Source: Paraglomus brasilianum (Eukaryota). Taken from it: a stretch of 64,000 nucleotides of DNA. The position numbers and the translations under genes were made by a program. Shown here in pieces: positions 51,946 to 64,000 of this stretch. Numbering within the stretch: position 1 is the stretch's first letter; each line of letters opens with the position of its first letter. The stretch is taken from assembly GCA_910592345.1 (NCBI GenBank), contig CAJVPI010000033.1:1-64000 (forward strand), in the 5' to 3' direction. The notes beneath the pieces were generated by a model. It saw nothing but the letters and a program-made list of their open reading frames with translations. It searched no databases and had not been told where the DNA came from.

Positions 51946-53520
51946 TTACATATTATTGAGTCGTAAATACAATTCTCTCCATACAGCCTGTGGATTGTAC
52001 AGAGCTATCTTAGGCTTTACTCCTGTTTTACATTGAAGAGTTTTCTTCATAATGTCATCAATATCTACAACCTTAAACACTTTCGCTAATGTAATCAGAT
52101 CAGTTTCTGTAAAACCAAACCCATATTGAAACACTCGATCGCTTGATGGCAGTGAGTATTCCCAAGCATTGGCAGGAAGAATCTTATCCAACTTCTTGTT
52201 GCTAGTGTCTACAATGGCCACCATTGCTTTATCCAAATATGGGTTTTCCTAATAGATAAATGTGAATAGTTACATTAAAGAATTACACACCCTCACCCCC
52301 GCGTTTATTCTGCATGACATACCTTTAAAAACTCACTGAACATGTTTTTTATAAACCTATTTGCTTCAGTAAAATATCCTTTGTCTATGGATATTTGCAC
52401 TGGAATCTCAAGATTATCAACGAGCGCAATTATCGGTTTACCATGAAATTTGCAGAGATAACAAGAGAGCGCTTTTAATGCATCTTCCCATTCTTTCCGA
52501 GATAAATCTCTGTTACACTCTATTATTTGTTGAAAGACTATTTGGCGAGCTGAATTCAAACTAGAAGAAACATACGAGTGTCTGCGATAAACACTCGAGA
52601 TAAGATCCTGTAGACATTTATACATCGAATTCCAAGTATTGTTATCTACAGGGGTATTCTAAAACGTTGACAAGGTCAGTTACAATACATATGTACTAAA
52701 TATCGATCGCACTTATCGTTTACTAACCAGAAAGTCAATGTAGATCACAGGAAATTGAGCAAAAAATGTTTCGAATGTTTCATGACGATTCTCGATCAAA
52801 AGTCCCTTGAAGAGAGCCCTTCTGGTCCGAAATTCTTCGTCAGAATCAAGCACAGACAAGAAATATGCAATCATTGACAGATTCGTTGTCTATACAAGAT
52901 GGGGGTAATAAAAACAAAAGTTATTCACGATAGTTTCATTATATTTTCGTTTAATGAATTGAAATTTAACGGTTGCCCAGATAGATATCATATCATATTT
53001 TAGGTAGATTGCTTGCCTTCCCAAATCCATGAGGACGCTTAATCTGAAGGAAAATGTATTAACGAATAAGACAATTGCTTCGGAGCATTAGCAATCTCGA
53101 GAAAACATACGCACATACCACTGCTAATCGACCATTGAAATTGCAAAATTCGTCTATTAATAGTGACTTATCAACGAAAGACCAGCCCCCTTCAACCAAC
53201 TTCTTAAAATCACGCGGTCTATCTGCATGTAACAAATGACGCGTAAATCGTTTTAGTAAACAAACAACCAATCAAGACTGTTAAACAAGCTATGCTAGCG
53301 CTATATTATATAAAAGTAGGTAAGTGAATAAGCTCCGAGGGTTGTCTTGTAAAGACAGCCGACTTTCTGTGTTGTAAGAGTTACCTGTCTCCAGTAATCT
53401 ACTTGGTTTCGGTTTCCTAACTAACAACGTTCTTGCGACTACTATAACTAATGCCAATAAAAATAGAGCAGTCAACGTAAAACGATGGGGCTGGTTTATT
53501 ATCTCTTCTATATATTGCAT
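51946..53520 (-). CDS. AAA-ATPase-like (bacterial PF09820-type) protein with N-terminal TM helix, multi-exon, no C-terminal nuclease domain
   Basis: DFKKLVEGGWSFVDKSLLIDEF, Walker A KRPHGFGK/TTNLSM, FAQFPVIYIDF, LSCYLCKFHGKPIIALVDNLEIP, FGFTETD. N-terminal FTLTALFLLALVIVVA. Confidence 0.75.
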
Positions 53521-53799
53521 CCTGAACAGCCAGACAATCTAGGACTTCGAACGAAGAAGACTGTGTGTCGACGCGAATAGCTTTGGACTTTAGACGAATG
53601 GCTTGACCAATATCATGTGATATTAATGCAGAATTGTCGATCAATTCCAAATAAAATCAACATAACGTGTTCTGGTCAGCATAGCAAACTTTCTCTATGA
53701 TTGGTCAGAATATTCCAGAAATATTATTGGTTGAATTTCATTGATGAATAATAATAATAATAACGATGATGATAAACAAATTGTTATCCAAACTTATAC

Positions 53800-54160
53800 A
53801 CTTGCTAAAGTATTTAGAGCTCTTGCAAAGCAGGTCTATATTTTTGTCATCTGATAAACAGTCTTCATCGCCAGTATTATCATCATTGACTTCTGTAATG
53901 TTCGCAGGATCTGCGATGTGACACAACTGCATTGCATCAAATGAACTCACTGTTCTCTGTACAATATACTGGCATTGACTTTCTAATTGAAACAAAAAGC
54001 ACTCGTAATTATAGGCATGTCCACAAATCCTTCCTCGCAAGAATTGGTACATTCCTCCAAATCGCAGTATCTATTCATGTGGGGAGGTTGTGATGTATTC
54101 CAGGCCATTGGCAGTATTTTAACATAAACTCGAACTCCAAGTTCACGCGCACATGATATG
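53800..54160 (-). pseudogene. Relic of a transposon-associated protein with C-terminal Cys/His finger
   Basis: VKILPMAWNTSQPPHMNRYCDLEEC, shifted to ICGHAYNYECFLFQLESQCQY, then an acidic tract. Confidence 0.35.
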
Positions 54161-54329
54161 CCGTTGAAAATCCGACTCAGAATAAATAACGTAATGGCGT
54201 TTATCTCATTTTGTGATACAATCAGCTGCCACTAAAACACTACCAGTACGCGTTGAGTTCCGTATTATTGTTTTTTGTTTACTTTGAGCTAAACACATTG
54301 ATCAATAAAGCGTATTACTTTTGCAAAAT

Positions 54330-54740
54330 TAAACTGTAAAGAAGTTAAGAATTTATGGAAGCAAGGCTACCGAAGCCCAACAGAAAGTTCTCGATCCTTG
54401 AACGATATTCGTAAAAATGGCAAATTTTCAGATATTCACCGTTCTGGTTGCCTCGCCAGATCGGTAGAATTGTAAATTCGAATCATTTTGTTACAGCAAC
54501 TGGATTAAGGCTCGGCTTGAAGAAACACACCCAGATTTTGAAGTGAGTGAACAGACTATTCGTGACGAACTTTTCAGACTTGGTTATACTGCTGCTTTGC
54601 CAAGACGTGTTCCACTTCTTACTGAACAACCGGTTAGAATGGGCATAGAATCACTCTCATTATAACTGGTGCAAAGTAGTATTCTCTGATGAAACAACTC
54701 TGCAGATGTTCCGGAATACTTGCTTAGCTTGGTCAAAATC

Positions 54741-54771
<31 letters not shown>

Positions 54772-55080
54772 ATTGCACCAATGGTAAAACATCCATTTAA
54801 ACTCCATTTGTGGGGAGCAATTTGTGCACGTGGGAAGGTTGGATTGTACACATTTGTGGAGAATATGGACTGACATTTATATAAACAAATTTTTAATGAG
54901 AAAATTTGTATGATAATGCAACTAATATGTATGGGAATCAACGCTGGATTTTCCAGCAGGACAATACTTCAAAAGATGTTCGTGCAGATCTTGAAATTGG
55001 TATTACTACTCGATCGGATATAATAGATGCTCCATGTTGTTCATAATCACAAGCAATGTTATACTGGCCCTCCAAATCAC
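54330..55080 (+). mobile_element. Degenerate Tc1/mariner transposase
   Basis: EVSEQTIRDELFRLGY..PRRVPLLT, VVFSDETTLQMFRNT, PMVKHPFKLHLWGAICARGK, RWIFQQDN. Stops, frameshifts and a long A-run at ~54742-54768. Confidence 0.8.
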
Positions 55081-56252
55081 AGTATTGGGCCTTCCTTTTT
55101 CCTGTTTTCTCATATTGGCTAGTTGGCATCTCAAAAACTGTCGTATTCTCGTTTTCGTGATAATATGAACGTCTTCTACAATAGAGCGTGAAAAAGTGCT
55201 TGTTATCTAACTTCCAAATTACTCCACTGCTTACCGAATTACTTTCACAATGTGTAGAGTAGAAGGTATGCTTTCGAAATTTTCTAGCGAATTTGTATTT
55301 GTGGCTTTCTGATATGTGTATGATTTATGTGTGTAACATTCTCCAGATTGTCCAATCAGATCAAATTGGCGATATTAGACAATGTGGATTTCGCACGGGC
55401 CAGAACATATTAATATGCACTTGAAATAAGAATCATCGTATTAACATTATAGATATAGTATTGCTTCTTAATCTGTTGTTCTAATAGAAAGCTTATCGCA
55501 ACTGTAAGGAGATAGAGATAATATTTATAGTTAAATGCGATTGCATTCGTATATAAGATTATTTATTATACCAAATGCAATTTTTTATGATACGCTTATG
55601 ATTAATACAATTAGTTCAAAGAGAAAGTGCAATCGCATAACTGCTAGTCAAACTCCCGAGTTGAGATCGCCTACATAATCAAATCGCTCGCGTAATAATT
55701 TTATTATCTACAGTAAGACAGATTTAAGATAAGAATAATTGTCAAAAAGTGTTTCTGAGTAAGCTTTATCAAATTTACTATAAACTGAAAATAGTTCATT
55801 ATACTGTATGTAGGTCCGATTTACTTAACACGTCTCTTTGTCAAGGTCTCATAATAAGGGTTTATTGAAACTATAATTATTACTTTTAAAGCAAGTTGCC
55901 TCGATCTTACTATTCGGTTTAAAGGGGTCCACTTCTTTTGCCAATTTATTACTATCAATATTAGTATTAGCTGATACGTTACATCAACAACTTGGGATTG
56001 CATCCAGCCCATATGACTGCTAAGTTAGTTGTACGAGCGGATCAAGTCCACGTTTACAACAAACTCCTGTCAAAAGCCATTTATTAAATAATAAATCTAC
56101 ATTGATATATAAAAATTACAAAAAAATAATTACAAGATTCTTATTACAAAAAAGTTCACATTACCATTATAAAGCGACCTGAAAGGTCGACAAAAAGCTT
56201 TCTATGTATACAATTATACTGTTAATCTAATGCAAATCCACTTGATCATATT

Positions 56253-59200
56253 TCACAAAGCCACAGGTAACATGTGTTTGTCGCGGTTGTCATTCCGACT
56301 ATCCTCTCCCTCTAAATTTGAATTGTCGTAAAAGTTCGCATCAAGACTGTCAATAACCGGACTCGCAAGGCCAGCTGATAAGTTTGTCCCGCTTTGCGTA
56401 GTAATTTCTTTTAGAATCCCGCCACCAAGTCCTTGCTGATCTACCAACTGTCGGAAGGGACTAGATATGCGGTATAATCGTGTCGGAGACAGATCAGATA
56501 GCGATGTCGTTACCAACGGATCGGTTAGTCCTTCATAGGTAAACTGATTGCTTACAACATTATACAACGTCATATCTTGCGAAAAATAATCATCCTGGTT
56601 GTTATACACGTTGTCATCCACCGGATCTCTTCTGTTGAGTCGCATGAGCGATCGAGGACTTATTATTCCAGGGCTTCGCATAAAGTTCATCCACGGCTCT
56701 GAAAATTCAGTTGAGGCCATATACCGCGGAGATAGGAAATCGGGTACCACAAACGAAGACAGACCAGCTAGATTCGAATCAGGAATAACGTCCTGAAACG
56801 AGGTATCCGGTTTGGAGCTCGGTTTCGAAGGTACGTGGGCACGATTCCAGTATTCCATTAAACCAGAATCGGTACTCTCGGGGCACATGATATCTTCGGT
56901 GCGACATTTACGCATTTGTTTAAGCATATGTATGAGCTTTCCAGCTATGTTCCAATACGGTCGCACCATTTCAAGATATCGTTCAGTTATGTTCAGACCT
57001 TGATGAGCAATTTCCACTACGGTCTTGTCATTACTAAATGTGTCATTAATATGCATAGTAGCAGTGGCGAAGATTGGATATAACGTAAACGGGCAGAGAT
57101 TCGTACATTTCGCTTCGATAAGGGCTTCTGCAATTTTAGTCGTCCGTCTTGCAGAATCTGAGCACTTCTCAGCTGAAGTCTGAAAGAAAGCCAACTGAGA
57201 CGCCGGAGCTGCTCCTGTTTGAAGAGTTGCTACATTCGGTCTATTTAATACCACTATAGAAACGTGATATAGCGTCTGTATGGCAGCATATGCCCCAATT
57301 GTACCGTTTTCAACATGATATTTGAGCGTATCCGACGACCATTTCAATTCTGGACTGAGACTTGTGTACCAAGACTCCAACTGATTTTCCAATTGAGCAA
57401 ATTCTGAATTTGAATCCCACACGGGCAACGCATCGGCCGATCGCATTCTGTTAATGTACTGCCCTACTCTGCCAAGCAATATGCTGACGCTGCTTAGTGA
57501 AGCGAATATACCATCGGTGGAGAGAATAAATCGTTTTCCACATTTTACTGGTGATTCTGCTGGGCGGTCATCCATCATGTCACTTATGGCTGGATGCTCC
57601 TTACGCCATTCTTTGTCATCACATGGTTGTCTTATCTCGACATCGCCTTCATCGATTATTGTTGGGCGGCCGAGTGCACACGCAGCAAATCTATAGATAG
57701 AAGAGAGTGATTAGAAGAATGCACATTTGCTAAAGACAACTGATAAGTTGTATACGCAAGGCGTTACCTGTCAATAACGAAAGAAACCCAGAAGACCCTT
57801 CGGCGGATTTCGCGGTATATAAACGCTTGATGAGAATTTCCTTTCTTAGCATAAATGCACGATACGGGAGCGAACTCTTTATGCATTCCTAATGCCTGGG
57901 CCATTCTGTGTAAATTGCGTATTATCAATTAATTTCGTGAGAAAAGTGCGAGCTCCATTTATCCTCACCACGCCAATACTAACCTTACGGCCATTGCGGT
58001 GTACATCCATGAACGTGGTCCTCTCGCCGATCCGAAACTATGCATGCAGAGTAGAAGGATAGCTTTATAATATAGAAAACAATTTAGTACGGCGATTAAT
58101 CCGTATACAATAATAGACCTTGCAAATATACCTTGAACACTTTCGACATTGGGATCATCAAATGACTCGGGCATGTATGAAATCGCTCTTTCAGCAAAAA
58201 CTTCACCAGCAGAATGAGGCGGATCTTTCGCAATACCTGGTAAATCAGAATGACTATAAAAGAAAATTGTGTAAGAATTTGGTTGACCATACTCCAGTCG
58301 AACATATTGTTGATGTATTCTACAATTGCTCTATTCTACTTTCAACTTCTTAATTCAGTAAGAACACCATTCCCGTAAATAACGCACCGAGCAGCTAATG
58401 CACACAAAGCCCAAACCAGGAAGGGCGAAGCTTTCCTTGTCCTTAGTCTGTGCTTCAACGTAGGCTCATGAAACATCGGTGTGTGGTTGATCATGTGGTT
58501 AAAAAAGCACAAGAATAAATGATCTGTAATTTCGCTTGGCGGATAACCGTCTCCACGAGGAAATGCAAGTAGTGCTTGATTAAACATTGACGCGTTATAT
58601 ATCCCTGATTGAGCCGCGTTGGGAAGCGACGTTTCATTCACAGATAAATTCTGAGTCGCTTCATCGTCGGGGGGGATACATTCGCCCAAGCGTCTAAAAC
58701 CGGGGTGAGCCGCTGTTTTGCCAAAAAACAAAAGGTCACCTTTATGATTTGCTTGACATGTGTTGTCATCTGATTCGTCGACAATTTTTGAATGGTCGGC
58801 GGAAACATCGTCACATGGTGATAATTGTCCATTATGAACGTTCAATTGCGGTTGTTCCCAGATATTTGTTTGTTGGATCGGATTTTGATACGTGTCATAA
58901 TTTTCCAAGTTTGATAATTTTTTTAAGCTCGGTGGAGAGGCGGGGGGTATGTATGCTCTTTCAGGTGAAGAAGCCATACCGGTATCAGGATTGGCACTAA
59001 ATATGTCGAAAGTAGCACCATTGCTCAGGCGCTGCTTCTTGGGCATTGATCCTAAAGAATTATCATCAATCACGCCTTGTTCTCTGAGCGGCTGTAGTAG
59101 TTTTTCCATTTGTTGGAGACGCTTTTCTAGACTCTCAACTAGGCCTACGCGTGGACCTCTCTTCTTTGTGCTTGGTAAATAGGTACAGGCTGTGCTTGTT

Positions 59201-59388
59201 CTTTTACAGTTGGCACAGGCGGGCTTTTCGCCACTGCATTTTACTTTTTTCTTTCGACAAGCATCGCATGCCTGAGTAAGTCGTTTTCTCTTGAGCGATT
59301 GTGACTGTGGCTGTGGTTGAGGTTGCGGTTGTCGGTGCTGTTCATGGTTAGTTGTCAATGAAGGGTCTGTTGAAGTGGAATATTCCAT
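56253..59388 (-). CDS. Zn(II)2Cys6 transcription factor with fungal-specific TF middle domain, multi-exon
   Basis: ACDACRKKKVKCSGEKPACANCKRTSTACTY, KKRGPR, coiled coil LEKRLQQMEKLL, SWMYTAMAVR/MAQALGMH, EIRRRVFW, GRPTII. Confidence 0.95.
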
Positions 59389-61566
59389 GAGTCTAGAGAA
59401 AGGATTATAAAGTGTAGGATTTGGAGCGGGGGTAAAATAGCGAATTTATTATTTATTTATTTATGTATTACCTGGAAATTTTTGTCTGGCAAAAACTTTT
59501 TCCATTTAGGAATAAAAGGTCAACTTATCTTGTACTAAAATGGGAGGACGAGGATTGCTAAATAGAGAACCGTGTGATATCTTAACTTTGATGATCTTCA
59601 AGATTTATATCATCTTCTGATCATATGACGTATCAATAATGGCCAGGCACGCATTCGGTTCCTTATTTGGCCGACATTCCGGAAATTAATAAGCAATTAC
59701 GGATATCGCGGAACGGGATAATCATGGTGCCGAAAAGCCGAATAAGAAACGGCTTACAAATGCAATGCTACGCCACAACTGCGGCATCAGTCACGATTAT
59801 TTGATTAACTAAATTAAGTAAGTTTCTGTTTCGCAGATAAGATGTAATAATAACAAATAATATTCCACAAGGCCCATGCTGAAATTTGATACAAAAAATC
59901 CATTGTTTTGGAACTTACTTCACGAATCAGATGGAGACTGCTTAAGTCGCATTGTTATCAGATTCTGTGCGCATAGAGATGCATTTCACGTGAGTTCCGC
60001 AGAAATAATACCGAAATGAATGGTAAGAACCAAGTCCTAATTCCACATGTCTAACCGTAGGAAGAATGGGGACTAATTGATTACGATCATGAAGACTTGT
60101 TTCAATACTACGGTCCATGTTCATCGAAATCTCCGTCATAATTGCTCTCCAAATTGAAAAGCAAAAGGTTCAAGCTTGCATTCTTGTTGTTTATAACCAA
60201 TAGCAACATTTAATCTATAAAATTTATGTGCACCCTTCATATGGCGTACGATTAATTGAGCCCTGCATAATCAGTGTAAAGTAAAAGTTGTCGTGACTTT
60301 CGGATGCAAAGTATAAAAGAGGTTTTCATAACTGATCGGCAGATATCACGCCATTTGTCAATCTCATACATTAGCAATTGGGATATTTTGGATAAACGTT
60401 TAGAAGCAATATTCACGTATAAACAATCATAAACCGTGTGTCACCGAGTTTATAAATTTAAAACTGAATGCTTAATTAATATTCCGGTTGATGATAAACA
60501 ACTGATTTTATTTATGGACAAACCAAATAACAGCAGGACTAATATTAGCACTTGCCAAGTATGGGAAAACTCTAACCGTTGTGTATATACAGTATATTTC
60601 GTATACAGCAGTAATCAAGTCTTGATTTGAGGCGAGATATTGTGTCATTAGAGATACGAGCATGGAAGAAGAAAAAGTTGGCATACATATTGCATATGCG
60701 CGATTAGGCTAGTATAAGTAGTCCCTAAGACATTGGTTATCGAAAACTTTTTTCCAGTACTAATATTAATGCCGAACTATGATGTAAGAGAGTGTAAAAA
60801 CACTCAATTTTGTCTGTAGAAAATATTAAAAAAGAGAGAGAGAAATCCATTGTCTTGTAAAATAACATTACTTTATTAACAGCGATGGTTTACGTCTAAT
60901 GTAAATCCTAATGTTCACGCGATATTATTCTTCTGGTGGTAAATACAGTATATTGATATGCCATTATACTGTACATACTGTATGTCCCATAACCGATATA
61001 ATTTTAGAATACAATACCAATACACGTGTTTTTACGATTAACACAGAATTTGTTCTTCACTTTTCTCATTAATTTTATCTCCAGTTTTTGATATACGTTT
61101 CCCCACCCCCCCGTTCCCTTCAGAGTGCTTTAATCTTTAATGCTTAATCTCATCTGAATTCTTGTTTAAGAAACTACTTTTTCAGAGATAGCCCTGCTGC
61201 TAACAACTTAATTAAGAAAATGGGCAATTTAATTCCTCGATGTGTTAAGTGCTTTTTGCTACGCTCATGATTATTCCACACGTCTTTTCATCATCTAACG
61301 ACGAGCAAAATTTTCACACGCCTTTGATAATTATCGCATCGTTGCTTAACACAGTAAGATCAATGATTACAGGTTGTTCCTCTCAACAAAGTAGGATGTT
61401 TATAATTGCCTGCTTGCAGCCTTCCAATCAGTAGAGTCACATATCCAAAGTAAAGCCATAATTTGATTAAACAGATACATTACTTGCGCTAGACTCGACA
61501 GTAATTTCGCAGCGCTTTGTAAATGGCAGATGAGTATCCTCGCTCAGATATCAAGTGTCGACTCGA

Positions 61567-62660
61567 CAGTATGGGACAAAAATCTTGCTCTCGATAGTCA
61601 TGGTTTAATCATGTGATGCTCGACGTATTTGAAGTAAATAATGGTTACTATATATTTAACGCGTATCGCGTCTTGTAAGTTTTTGTTTCCTCATTGCACT
61701 TTGAAACCGTTACATTGTCAATTATTTTTCAAACAACAATTCAAATGCTCGCACAAGATAAAAAATCAACACCTGGAATCAAGGGATGCGATCTCCTCTA
61801 GAAATTCATAAAAACTAACATCCCAATTAGGACAATTAAATATAAAATAAAAGACACTGGCAGTGTTGCACGTAAACAAGGAAGCGGTCGTCCTAAAAAA
61901 ATCACTGCCCAGTGCATCCAAGGCATCGAGGCGAAATCCAACTACCTCATCTCGAAAGATGGTGGCTAATTGGCTGAAAAAGGTCTTGAACTATCTTCTC
62001 AAGACATTTGGGAGGCCTGGGCTATAAGAATAATGTGCCTGTGGCTACCCCCAATGCTTACCGATAATCATAAACGAATACGAATTGAATGGGCTTATGC
62101 TCACCTTAATGATAACTGGCAGAAAACCCTTTTTACCATAACGCAATGGTATAAAGGCTCCGTCCTATCCCAAAAAATCGTGTCAAAATTTTTGCTTGGG
62201 GTGGATTTTGCGCGAAGGGCACAAGCCTTAATTGCTTTCAAGACATAATGACAGTGTCAATCTACGTTGAAATTCTTCAGAGGCACTTACCTGAAATACG
62301 ACAAATGCTCGGATGAGTCTGGCGCTTTCAACAAGACAACAATCCGAAGCATACGAGCTCTGTCGCTAAACAATTTCTTCAGGTCAATATGCCCATAGTT
62401 AGTTATTACTGGCCGTCGAATAGCCTGATCTCAATCCAATAGAAAATCTATGGAGCATAGTTAAAACTAATGTAGAAAGGCGAAGACCAACAAATCTTGA
62501 TGAATTAAGGCGGTTTATGGTAGAAGAATGGGATAGTATTCCGGATTCCATTGTGAGGCGATTATAAAATCTGTGCGTTTTACAGTTTTAAATGAGGTAT
62601 TTTGAGTCCCAATTCACTGCTCATTATAAAGTTATTGGCAAGATTTTTTGTCCCATACTG
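61567..62660 (+). mobile_element. Full-length but decayed Tc1/mariner element (~1.1 kb) with TIRs
   Basis: TIRs cagtatgggacaaaaatcttgc (61567-61588) / gcaagattttttgtcccatactg (62638-62660) followed by TA. Transposase relics ARKQGSGRPKKIT, PMLTDNHKRIRIEWA, WRFQQDNNPKHTS, WPSNS..DLNPIENLW. Confidence 0.88.
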
Positions 62661-62848
62661 TATATACAGTACCTTCATATTAATGGTTTGAGAAAGTTTT
62701 ACTTTATTGTTTATAAATGCATTGTTTGAATACAGCGAAAAAACTTTGTGCAATACACAACATTTCTGTATCATCGTCTTTACCGCTGCCCTTGTTCCAT
62801 CTCCTCCATTTCCTTTTTTTCTTGTGTCCTATTTCTCATCTATCCTGT

Positions 62849-64000
62849 TTATGTCTCTATATCGCTCTCAGTGTCTCTCTCGATCACCTTTTGTTCTTTT
62901 ACATTGTTACTGTCTCGTTTCTCCCATTCATTATCACTTATACTCCTATCCCTGTCTCGACCTTTGTCTCTTTCTCTTTCTTTCTCCCATTCTCTTTCGC
63001 TGTCTCTGTCCCTGTCCCTGTCCCTGTCTCTGTCTCTGTCTCTGTCTCTGTCTCTGTCTCTGTCTCTGTCTCTGTCTCTGTCTCTGCCCCTGTCTCTATC
63101 TCTATCTCTATCTCTATCTCTGTCTCTATCTCTGTCTCTGTCCCTGTCTCTGTCCCCATCTCTGTCCCTGTCTCTGTCTCTGTCCCTGTCCCTGTCCCTG
63201 TCTCTTTCTCTTTCTCTTTCTCTTTCTCTCTCCCATTCTCTTTCGCTGTCCCTGTCTCTGTCCCTGTCTCTGTATCTGTATCTGTCTCTGTCTCTGTCCC
63301 TGTCCCTATATCTGTCCCCATCTCTTTCAAAGTCCCTATCTCCCTCTCTTTCTTTATACCTCTTCCTCTCCCTTTCTCTTTCCTCTTCTCTGTCTCTATC
63401 CCCGGATCTGTCTCTTTTTCTATCCCTATCATGATTCCTGTCTCGCTCTCGATCCCTGTCTCTTACATCGCGAGTATCTATTAAAAATTTACGTCGATCT
63501 TCGCGTTCTTTTTCTCGAAGTGCAATGCGCTCCTTCCGCTTTCGTTCCTGATATTCTTTATCGAATGCAGAACCTTCTACATAATTGTCGGTATCGATAT
63601 CAAAAGCGCGGGCAAATTTAGCGTTTTCGCGCGCCTTAGCCTCCGAGATTTGGTGTGTTTGATGTTCTTGTAAACTAGTATAGCGAAATTGTAATTAGTA
63701 ACGATTTGTCCATGTAAGAGGTTCCGATCTACAAATGAGATCGCATAAATATTATGTCATTCGATTCGATTTACTTACTTTTTCTCCAAGGGCATTTCAT
63801 TTATCTTTTCGAGTAAGGTTTGACGAAACTGCGCAATTTTCTCTTGCGCTTCTTCTTCCGGAACACTAATCAATAGAATAATAAGATCAGCAACATTGCC
63901 GACTTTTATTCAGCCCACATTCTACAAGCCAGCTTTGGCAATACTTACTTCTTCTCCGCTAATTCTTGCTTGTACTTCAAAAGCTGAATCTCAGTCTTCC
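62849..64000 (-). CDS. CWC21: CWC21/SRRM2-like splicing factor (cwf21 domain plus RD-dipeptide tail), 5' end beyond the window
   Basis: [58 protein letters not shown]...EGSAFD, then a long (RD/RE)n tract ending ...TESDIET* at 62849. Confidence 0.8.
62950..63460. repeat. (TGTCTC/TGTCCC/TATCTC)n hexamer repeat encoding the RD tract on the minus strand
   Basis: Direct read. Explains the spurious CL/VS/SL/ET ORFs in other frames. Confidence 0.9.

Noticed and set aside
54742..54768. Long poly-A run as a retroposed tail
   Set aside because: Lies in a Lys-codon stretch of a dead Tc1 with no target-site duplication. Homopolymer expansion or sequencing artefact.
62707..63621. Long + strand ORFs (304, 255, 228 aa) and the minus-strand ET-repeat ORF
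   Set aside because: Stop-free by-products of the hexamer repeat. Only the minus-strand RD frame is continuous with the cwf21 exons.
1..64000. tRNA, rRNA or CRISPR arrays
   Set aside because: None recognised by eye. A tRNAscan-SE/Infernal run would be needed to exclude small ncRNAs.

Overview
Intron-rich fungal nuclear DNA, inferred to be Glomeromycota (arbuscular mycorrhizal fungus) from the TKL-kinase and transposon relics and a Mollicutes-like insert. Genes, left to right: acetoacetyl-CoA synthetase, prefoldin 2, a multi-thioredoxin PDI-like protein, an unknown protein, glutamine synthetase, p24, GDT1, a PfkB/ketohexokinase-like kinase, an AN1 zinc-finger protein, PCH2, a GHKL-ATPase/DUF3684-like protein with HEXXH, a PQ-loop protein, an IPMDH/aconitase-family fusion, a bacterial-type AAA-ATPase-like protein, a Zn2Cys6 factor and a 5'-truncated CWC21-like gene. 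Decayed pogo, Tc1 and gag-like elements and MITEs lie between them. Highlights: (1) one ~1085-aa gene joining 3-isopropylmalate dehydrogenase, within a single exon, to a non-Leu1-type LeuC+LeuD aconitase-family isomerase; (2) a TGA-CTA stop on the PfkB kinase followed by 209 further in-frame sense codons, a candidate for programmed readthrough; (3) about 1.3 kb of decayed Mollicutes-endobacterium-like DNA (TGA read as Trp) abutting a fungal gene; (4) a MITE end that supplies the last codons and stop of the GHKL/HEXXH gene. All family assignments come from motif recognition by eye; no database searches were run.
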